From: Octopus sinensis
Taxonomy: Eukaryota
Reading direction: 5' to 3'
NCBI RefSeq assembly: GCF_006345805.1
Contig: NW_021837031.1
Location: 1 to 64,000, forward strand
Length of the DNA: 64,000 nt
Every line of letters begins with the position of its first letter. Within the stretch, counting starts at the first letter, position 1. Of the stretch, positions 54,249 to 64,000 are shown in pieces. Below the pieces are notes generated by a model. That model searched no databases and was not told where the DNA came from. It worked only from the letters and a program-made list of their open reading frames with translations. The translations under genes and the position numbers were made by a program.

Positions 54249-55190
54249 GTATGTATGTATGTATGTATGTACTTATGTATGTATGTATGTATGTATGTGT
54301 GTATGTATGTATGTATGTATGTATGTGGGTATGTATGTAGCTAGGTATGTATTATGTATGTATGTATGTATGTATGTATGTATATATGTATGAATGCATG
54401 TATGTATATATGTATGAATGCATGTATGTATATATGTATGAATGCATGTATGTATGCATGTATGTATATGTGTATGTCTCATAGCCGGCCGCCAACACTT
54501 TTTTCTGCAAAATAGTGGTAGCTTATCCTGTTCAGTTTATATTATTAGCATTATCCCGCTTTTGAGAATTTAAAATCGCTTCTTTACCTTTCTAAGACAT
54601 TTCAACACTTCTAAATCAAACTTCGTTTGCTTGTTTACCTTCATCGTAATTTGACTTTAACGTATGTATGTATTTATGTATGTATGTATGTATGTATGTA
54701 TGTATGTATGTATGTATGTATGTATGTATGTATGTATGTATGTATGTATGTATGTATGTATGTAGGCATGTATGCATGTATGTATGTATGTATGTATATA
54801 TGTATGTATGTATGTATGTACGTATGTATGTATGTACGTATATATGTACGTATGTATGCATGTACGTACGTATGCATGTATGTACGTATATATGTACGTA
54901 TGTATGTATGTACGTATATATGTATGTATGTACGTATGTACGTATATATGTATGTATGTACGTATATATGTATGTATGTACGTATGTACGTATATATGTA
55001 TGTATGTACTTATATACGTATCTATGTATGTATGTATGTATATATGTATGTATGCATGTATGTATGTACGTACGTATGTACATATATATGTATGTATGTA
55101 TGTATGCAGGTATGTATGTAGGTATGTATGTATGTATGTATGTATGTATGTATGTATGTATGTATGTATGTATGTATGTATGTATGTATG
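54199..55190. repeat. Two long (ATGT)n-type arrays (54199-54475; 54660-55190)
   Basis: Directly visible. Confidence 0.95.
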
Positions 55191-55640
55191 TATTCTTGCT
55201 GGTCTCCTAACGATTCTACCAGCTAACCACTCTGGAAATGGTTGCTTATATATACATATTGCTTCAACTTACCGATTCTGGAGGGATAAAACAGACACAG
55301 TTGATCTCATTGGGACTTGAATTTATTTCATATAGAGTTAGATAGAATGCCATGAATTATTGTCACCGACGCTTTAATCCACGTCTAGACACATAAAAAA
55401 AGGATATCACTTTTTTATGGAGATTAAGATTTTAAAAGCATATCCTGGTGGAAGTGATCTCAGCTTACCTCAAGTGAGTATCTCTCATCTTCCCTTAAGC
55501 ACTGCATACAGTATGGAATACTAAGGGAAGAAGAGTGATCTCCCTTGCGTCTTCCACTATTTTTGTTTGTTTTTTTGGATATAAATTATAGGTATCGTAT
55601 TGAGTCATTCAAGTCGATCTGGATTAAATTAGTTCAAAGT

Positions 55641-55950
55641 GAAGGCGCATGGCTTAGTGGTTAGAGCAGCGGACTCACGGTCGAGGGATCGCGGGTTCGA
55701 ATCTCAGACCGGGCGATGTGCGTGTTTTTATGAGAGAAACACCTAAGCTCCACGCAGCTCCGGCAGAAGGTAATGGCGAAACTTCTGCTGACACTTTCGC
55801 CACAACTTTCTCTCACTCTTTCATCCTGCATCTTGCAGCTAACCTGCGACGGACGGGTGTCCTGTCCAGGCAGGAAACCTATACGCCAAGGAAACCGGGA
55901 AACCGGCCCCTATGAGCCAGGCATGGCTCGAGAAGGAACAAAACAACAAA
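55641..55950 (+). mobile_element. Group-C SINE
   Basis: gaaggcgcatggcttagtggttag...gggttcgaatctc...3' stem-loop gagccaggcatggctc and (AAC)-type tail. Confidence 0.85.
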
Positions 55951-56519
55951 ATTACTTCAAGCAAGCAACCAGATTTACTTATGGGGTTGCATGAATGCAT
56001 GTGTGAATGTCTATGGGTCTATGTGTGTGCGTGTGTTTATGTGCGTCTTTGTGTGTCTGCGCATGTGTGTGTGATTGTATTTGGGTAAAGACACAGGCAG
56101 AGATTATTACTAGGTGACTGGATTCAAACATCACATGCAGTTATGGGGGAGAAGCATATTGCCGGGCTGATACCGCGATGCAGTCAACAGATGTACGGAG
56201 ACAACGGCTAAAAAGAGACATTTTTAACTAAGGGAAGTGCTAATAAATTGTCGTAGTCAATTGAATTTAAGCATTTCAGGAATGTAGTCAAAAATAAATA
56301 ATAAAATAAAGAAAAGAATTGACGTTTGAATTATTGAAAACATTTTTAGTTCCAACCCCACGTTAAATATAAACGCCCTTAAAATCGTCTTTCGTTAGTG
56401 CGTTGAGAGTTATCTCCCTTACACGCAGCCATATTTTTGCTCGCTAGTGTAGAAACTTACGAGTCACTAATATATACACACATACACACGAACACAAAGA
56501 AACTCGCGCGCGTTGGTGT

Positions 56520-56687
56520 ATACATACATACATGCATACATACATACATACATACATACATACATACATACATACATACATACATACATACATACATGGT
56601 GGCTGCCACCTCGTTATCGAGTATGGCCATTGCTCGAAGCTACATATATACAAGCATACATACATACACACATATATACATACATAA

Positions 56688-56718
<31 letters not shown>

Positions 56719-56795
56719 CATACATACATACACACATATATACATACATACATACATACATACATACATACATACACACATATATACATACATAA

Positions 56796-56826
<31 letters not shown>

Positions 56827-56932
56827 CATACATACATACATACATACATACATACATACAGACGTACATACATACATACATACATACATACATTCATACA
56901 TACATACATACATACATACATACATACATACA

Positions 56933-56965
<33 letters not shown>

Positions 56966-56970
56966 TCATG
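56520..56970. repeat. (TACA)n array interrupted by a ~45-bp unique island
   Basis: Directly visible. Confidence 0.95.
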
Positions 56971-57474
56971 TATGCATGAAAGCATTGCATGTACGGAATT
57001 AGTTACGTGTTCGAGATTACGTAATTCCTTAGTATCCAATTGGAATAGCTATCAATGTATCATACCTAATATATACAGAGATTGATAGGCCAGTTGCTGC
57101 ATTATTTGCCATGAGATAACAACTCATATGGATTTGTTGTATTCTAGATTTTAACAAACACGTTGTTGTGTGCTTTAGACCAAGTTTAACATAGAGGATA
57201 TTCCATATGTATCTATTTCGTCCTTTTCATGATCACGCAACGTGTCTCCTTGTAAAAACAGGGAACGTCCATAAAAGAATATATTCTCTGTGGTTTCTAT
57301 GCGATGCGTAACCCGTATATATCTTCTCACGTTGCTAAGGATTGCTTGAGATGTGTGATTTGAGTATTTCAATCTACAGTTCAGCGTTTTCTTTCTTTTC
57401 TTTTTTTTGCCTTCCGTTTTCTACTAGACTGTGCTCTCATCGCCTTTAAAGTTTCTCTTAGAGTGGTGAGATTG

Positions 57475-57868
57475 ATAACGCTACTAAGCACATGGTACAG
57501 GTTTCAGTCCCACTGCGTGGCATCTTGGGCAAGTGTCTTCTACTATAGGCTTGGGCCGACCGAAGCCTTGTGAGTGGAGTTGGTAGACGGAAACTGAAAC
57601 AAGCCCGTCGTATATATGTATATATATTATATATATATATATATAATATATAATATATATATATGTATGTGTGTTTGTTCCCTCGCCAACATCGCTTGAC
57701 AATCGATGTTGGTGTGTTTTCGTCCCCGTAACTTAGTGGTTCGGCAAAAGAGACCGATAGAATAAGTACTAAGCTTACAAAGAATAAGCCCTTGGGTCGA
57801 TTTGCTCGACTAAAGGCGGTGCTCCAGCATGGCCACAGCCAAATTACTGAAACAAGTAAAAGAGTAAA
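57475..57868 (+). mobile_element. Group-A SINE, 5'-degraded
   Basis: tttcagtcccactgcgtggcatcttgggcaag...gaaacaagtaaaagagtaaa. Confidence 0.85.
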
Positions 57869-58180
57869 ATAGGGAAAGCTGGGAATATGGCAGACCAAGA
57901 AATGTATTTAGAAGAAAAAAATAAGCTAAATAGAAAAGAAAAATAAAGGAGAAGTACAGATATAAAGAAGTTCTCTCATTATATAATTATGTTGCCTTCT
58001 TGAAATGGAGGATCTACAAAATTAGTAGCCTTTTATAATATATGCTGTAAATATTTAGCAGAAGTATTGAATTGTCAAAAATGATTGGTTGCTATACTGA
58101 GTTATGTCCCTTGAAGTTGTCTCCCTTTACAATTTCGTTCCACACCTTTCAAATGTTTATACAATATTTTTAAATGCTCG

Positions 58181-58215
<35 letters not shown>

Positions 58216-58495
58216 ATATTCAACGGTTAACGTCTCACGGGCATCAATTAAACATATACCAGTAATAAACTGGGTTAGAAAGATGTAGTCCATTGTCGTA
58301 AATCTTTAACCTGTGCTAAAATTACTATCATTATTCCATTACTTTTGACGGAAAATCTTTTTAGACAGCGAGTAAGGTTAACAAATAATTGGTCGGCTTT
58401 CATTTAGTTATAATCCATTGAAGTTTAGATTATCGCATACAGGTTGTGTAAAATCACCATCAATCACTTCTGGGGACCATTCGAAAACACTCTCT

Positions 58496-58912
58496 TTACT
58501 CTCTTTTACTCTCTTTTACTTGTTTCAGTCATTTGACTGCGGCCATGCTGGAGCACCGCCTTTAGTCGTGCAAATCGACCCCGGGACTTATTCTTTGTAA
58601 GCTCAGTACTTATTCTATCGGTCTCTTTTGCCGAACCGCTATGAGACGGTGACGTAAACACACCAGCATCGGTTGTCAGGCAATGCTAGGGGGACAAACA
58701 CAGACACACAAACACACACACACATATACATATATATATTTATACATATATACGACAGGCTTCTTTCAGTTTCCGTCTACCAAATCCACTCACAAGGCAT
58801 TGGTCGGCCCGGGGCTATAGCAGAAGACACTTGCCCAAGATGCCACGCAGTGGGACTGAACCCGGAACCATGTGGTTGGTTAGCGAGCTACTTACCACAC
58901 AGCCACTCCTGC
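58496..58912 (-). mobile_element. Group-A SINE, full length
   Basis: Reverse complement of the consensus from tail to head. Confidence 0.9.
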
Positions 58913-60655
58913 AACACTATGGTGTTATTTGTTCCGATGCAATATTAAACTGTCCGAGGAAGAGGGCGTTTCTGAACTCGTCTTTAAAATACCACCCAAT
59001 TGCGAGATTTGATATATTTCCAACGATCCATTTATTACAAATTGGAATTTCCAATCTTTAGACTTTCCTATATTCTTATAGTTTACCAGCTTTACACAAG
59101 CGATTAAATAAATCATAACAAAATGAAATGTTTTGGATACAATGATGTTTTTTCAGTTAACGACGCAGTGCTATGGCTTCAGTACACACATCATTCTATT
59201 AAATAATTAACTAATTTATATATTTAATTATTTAATTATTTATTTGATTATCTATTTAATTGTTGTATCGATGGGCTATTGTGAGCACAAGTCATATCGC
59301 AAACATTCTATTATTAAATATTTCAATATAATAATTAATAATAATTAGGCTTTGTTTAGTTTTATATTTTGACTTCCTGAAAATACACTGCATCGCCGTT
59401 TACAGTTACTTTTTCTTACAAAGTTTGAATTACATAACAATGCACTTATACAAAGGATGTGGCGAGAGCAAGACTTAAGGATCAAGCCCATTGCTCCTGC
59501 TGCTGCCAATATAGATACATCGACACTATTCTTAGGGGGGGAATGCCTAGAGTAAAAAAGTTGCCTTTCTTCTGTTTGCCCGGCACTTATATCTCAATGA
59601 TGTAGAATTGCACAATAGTGATAGGTCTATACTATAGGTCTGATTCTATACAGAAAATGGAAGGTCAGAGACTACGAGTTGTAGACTCAGTCTTTTATCG
59701 ATGTCAAATAATATGGACTGGAAAAGTTCAGGAAATGTTAACGTGGCGGTTGTGTTTGTGGGGGGGGGACAGACAAACAGACAGACGGGCAGAGAAAGAC
59801 AGAGACAAAGAGAGAACGGGTGGAGAGACAGTGGCGGGGAAGGAAATGAAAGAAAGACGAAAGAATGAACATAGTCAACTGAAAAGTGAATGGAATAGTA
59901 GCCCCGTGAAAAGAACCCATGTACATTACAGTCCATAATAGGGAGACCCTTGGCATATCATTGTATTGAGAACAAAACAAACAAAATATTGATTGGGGAT
60001 GTTACAAGGAAAGATCACGAGTTGCCCTGGAAGATAGACAATTTGAAGACTGGTTCAAAAATCGGTTGACAGCGAGAGGAGCACAGCTGAGCGGATGTGG
60101 GTCCTGGCATGATGCAGCGAAATCTGCAAGATTGTCGCGAGTATTTCCGGAACTGAATTTAAAGGAGATGGGAAAAGCAAATCTAATATGATTCGGGGAG
60201 CGTTTAAATTCGGTTCTAGCGCTAATTAAATTGGATGGGAGGGCAACTCAGCTCATGAAGAATTGTGGCCCTTCGTTGATTACCTATTTTAATTCTACAA
60301 TGGAAATTTGTGTTAATGTGGTGCATTACATATTTACTTCACTCTATAATTATAAATGTGCATGTGTATGCGTCCGTTCGTGTAAGTGTAAGTGTGTGCA
60401 TGTGTACGTGTGTGTGTTTCTGTGCATGAGAGCGTAATTGCTTTTCTTGCAGTCTGTGTTTCTGTCGTAAAAGAAACGCAGATTTTCAAGTATGATGGAA
60501 GGAAGAAAATACACGGTCGAGACGTGAATAAGATTATAGATACGAAACAACCAATCACAAGGATACAGGAATGGCGATTATGCGTGTTTTGCTCTAAGCA
60601 GGAATGATAATTGATATATCAACAAAGAACACAATAGAAGGAAATGTTATCTTAC

Positions 60656-60682
60656 CAGGTTCTCCGCGGGGACCTTGGCTGC
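60656..60682 (-). CDS. Collagen microexon (27 nt, phase 1-1, split Gly codons)
   Basis: Minus strand: tctttctttctctttaaacag|GC AGC CAA GGT CCC CGC GGA GAA CCT G|gtaagat = (G)SQ-GPR-GEP-(G). Strong polypyrimidine tract and consensus donor, exactly three triplets, GC-rich island in AT-rich DNA, same strand as the 108-nt exon. Confidence 0.88.
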
Positions 60683-61274
60683 CTGTTTAAAGAGAAAGAA
60701 AGATGGAATTAGCGATAACATTAACGGTTATTAAAGAGGATTATGCGTTGGTACTGAAGAGTAGAAAGGAAGAATGAATAATGAAGTATTTTAGATGAAA
60801 GATAACATAATTTAAATTGGTTTGGGATATCACAAGGCGGTTTCAAGTATATTAAGTAAGGAGCAGAAGGCAGTTGTAAGCTAACCCATTCAAACATATT
60901 AATATATATATATGTATATATATACATATATATATAGTTATATATATATATATATATATATATATTTTATATATATATATGTTGTGTATGGGTGTGTACT
61001 TGTATATTTATGTATGTATGTGTGTATATAAATAGATAGATGGATACATACATACATATACATACATACGTATACATACATACATACATACATACATACG
61101 TACACATATATATACATACATTCATGCATACATACATATGCGTGTGTGTGTATACATATATACATACACACATGTTTATACATATACGTATATATATGTA
61201 TGTATGTATGTATTTACGTATGTATGTATGTGTATCTATGTATATAAGTATGTATTTGCTTGCGAAAGATTACA

Positions 61275-61320
<46 letters not shown>

Positions 61321-62169
61321 TATATGCGTGTGTATGCATGTGCATATCTGTGCGCGCGCATGTGTGTACGAGTGTGTCACAGTCGGTATCTATATCCTAA
61401 CAGGTATGACAACTCGTACATAGGTACACATTTGCATTTCACAAAAAGATCTCAAATTACGTATTCTAAGTACGTACTCATTTAAAGACACGACGATAGA
61501 AGCGCAGTGGGATACACTAAATATTATGAGAAATTACTTACGCATCGCTTAATAGCATTTTGCAAAGTGAGAACTCAAAATTTTGCGATAATTTTTTTAT
61601 AGCATGCAGAACCAGAATATGGATGGCAGAAATTTAATGTCAACATGTAGAATTGAGCAAGGTTAATTGTTAAGCAGAATATTAGGATTATGTTAGTAGA
61701 GAAAAAAGATTTTCCTGCAAACGACCTATATAACGGTATCCATGTATGAAATTGAACTCACAAATAATTGTACCCACAAAAATTTGCAGGGCACAATACA
61801 AAGACACGGAGGGAAATTGAAACCTTATTCATGTACCTGAGGAAAAAAGTGTTTTATCACAAAACTATGTTTGGGCTTATTAAATATTAAAAAATATCCA
61901 TTACAAAAAAGCAGTACTTTTATATAATAGAAGCATGCTATTTGTACTTGTATGTGCGCATGTTTGTGTAGGTACGTGTGAAAGTATGTGTGTGTATGCC
62001 AGTGTGTGAGTGTATATGTTGTTATATAGACAAAAGTGTCCGTATAAAGCAAACGGTTCATAGTTGTTTAAAGCTATAATACCTCTACAGTTGCGTCCCT
62101 TGCACTAAATAAACAGTAATTTCCCTTGAAAGATCTAGCGTGTCAAGTTGGCAAAATGTTACATATATT

Positions 62170-62372
62170 CTCTTTACTCTTACTCTTTTACTTGTTTCAG
62201 TCATTTGACTGCGGCCATGCTGGAGCACCGCCTTTAGTCGAGCAAATCGACCCCGGGACTTATTCTTTGTAAGCCTACTCATTCTATCGGTCTCTTTTGC
62301 CGAACCGCTAAGTAACGGGGACGTAAACACACACCAGCATCGGTTGTCAAGCAATGCTAGGGGGACACACAA

Positions 62373-62405
<33 letters not shown>

Positions 62406-62562
62406 CGACAGGCTTCTTTCAGTTTCCGTCTACCAAATCCACTCACAAGGCATTGGTCGGCCCGGGGCTATAGCAGAAGACACTTGCCCAACATGCCACG
62501 CAGTGGGATTGAACCCAGAACCATGTGGTTGGTTAGCAAGCTACTTACCACACAGCCACTCC
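62170..62562 (-). mobile_element. Group-A SINE, nearly full length
   Basis: Reverse complement of the consensus, very similar to the 58496 copy. Confidence 0.9.
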
Positions 62563-63025
62563 AAAGACAATGGGTCCCTAATACTTCTATTTCAAGCGTA
62601 ATTTCTTCATAGTATCACTGATGTATTTGATTAGGCCGTTGTGTGAATATCGACAGATGATGTCGAAGGTGCTGCAAGTTACGACATAACATTTATGTGG
62701 TATTCGAGTTACGACATAACATTGTTTCATCTACTAAACACACACAGACACAGGTGGTGCCCTATTTAGCAGTGTCGTTTGAGCATCGGATACATAACTT
62801 CGCGGCCATTGCTTTGAAACTCTGTAGTGTGAGTTCCATTTCTACCCAGACCATCTTATAATTCCACTCTTCGATAAATAGATTATAAGTGCTGTAGAAT
62901 CATTTCTTTGACTCATTCGCTTTGTGTCTGATTATTTCTCTCAAAATGCGAAACGATATTTATCAAGGAGTTGAGGCCCAATATATAAACACACTCACCA
63001 CACACACACACACACATACACACAC

Positions 63026-63058
<33 letters not shown>

Positions 63059-63119
63059 CCCACACATACACACACATACAAACCCACATACACGCGTACA
63101 GCCTTCGCGCCATATATGT

Positions 63120-63122
63120 ATG

Positions 63123-63206
<84 letters not shown>

Positions 63207-63321
63207 TAGATAGATAGATGGATAGACAGAAGACAAACAGACAGACAGACAGATTGATAGATAGACAGACATATGGTGAGGTGACAGACAGACAGGCAGA
63301 CAGACAGATAGACAGACAGAC

Positions 63322-63395
<74 letters not shown>
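63120..63395. repeat. Compound (GATA)n/(GA)n/(GACA)n microsatellite
   Basis: Directly visible. Confidence 0.95.
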
Positions 63396-63396
<1 letters not shown>

Positions 63397-64000
63397 AAAC
63401 GAAAGGGAAAATATGAATAGAATTTATGTAAATAGAAAATTTGTATGAAAGGACAGGGATACCAGCTAGAAAATCTGTTCTGTGGTTAGAAGGAAAACTA
63501 GTCCGTATAAATAGGAATGAGTAATACAATGATTTAGTCATATTGTTTCTAGAAATGTAAGTGGTTGGTTATATAAGCAAGTAAAAGAGTTTAATATACG
63601 TATAAACCTTTTAGTATTTCCATATAGAGATATATTTTATCGGTTACCGCTTTGAACTTACAGTCAATTTTAAGAGGTAATTACCAAATTAGTATTTGGG
63701 TAAAGATTACTAAATTCTTGCGTTTGAACAATTTCGGAATTATATAGATAACCTGGTTCTTGTATATAACAAGAGTATGTTAGTTGCCGTCTTTGGATGT
63801 AAGCATGCCATTATTCCTAAATATATGCCTATTCTCGTAAAATTCTTACTTCATCTATCTGAAATATATGAGGGGTCTTCAACGCGTGTGTCAGCTCAGT
63901 CAATAGGCATTATATAGACGACACAAAGCGTCGTGGAACCGATGTAATGTTCTCCTAAAATTTCTACGAACTAAAATATTTAAAATTGTAGTTAAGTGGA

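Larger units (their letters stand above)
27930..60655 (-). other. Putative 32.7-kb intron between the two collagen exons
   Basis: Bounded by the gtaag donor at 60655 and the cag acceptor at 27930, with compatible phases. I found no other Gly-X-Y exon between them by eye, but small or non-collagenous exons could have been missed. Confidence 0.55.

Noticed and set aside
55266-55295. 5-nt microexon with strong splice sites (ccctccag|AATCG|gtaagt)
   Set aside because: Lies within a decayed group-B SINE and would shift the reading frame.
63866-63900. Mariner-like terminus TA|TGAGGGGTCTTCAA (similar at ~53305)
   Set aside because: No transposase or second TIR is visible within the window; too short to call.

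Overview
AT-rich, microsatellite-saturated eukaryotic DNA with no prokaryotic features. The SINE families and the extreme (TA)n/(CA)n/(TACA)n density point to a coleoid cephalopod, probably Octopus (inference from recalled repeat families, not a database match). Almost every ORF in the supplied track is a microsatellite or SINE artefact. Read by hand, the window is mostly intron of a minus-strand collagen-domain gene that the ORF track misses. Two Gly-X-Y exons have canonical splice sites: a 27-nt microexon at 60656-60682 and a 108-nt exon at 27822-27929, 32.7 kb apart. The introns hold dozens of tRNA-derived SINEs of three groups, RTE LINE fragments, two restriction-like-endonuclease (R4/Dong-type) LINE fragments, and a Penelope-like GIY-YIG remnant. 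There are five minimal hammerhead-ribozyme-like motifs, three Tc1/mariner remnants, and a ~1 kb fold-back element with a third distant arm. A ~50-copy 22-bp minisatellite appears to have grown out of a SINE 3' stem-loop. The most interesting unexplained structure is the set of inverted-repeat trios around both symmetric collagen exons, which could form competing RNA duplexes.
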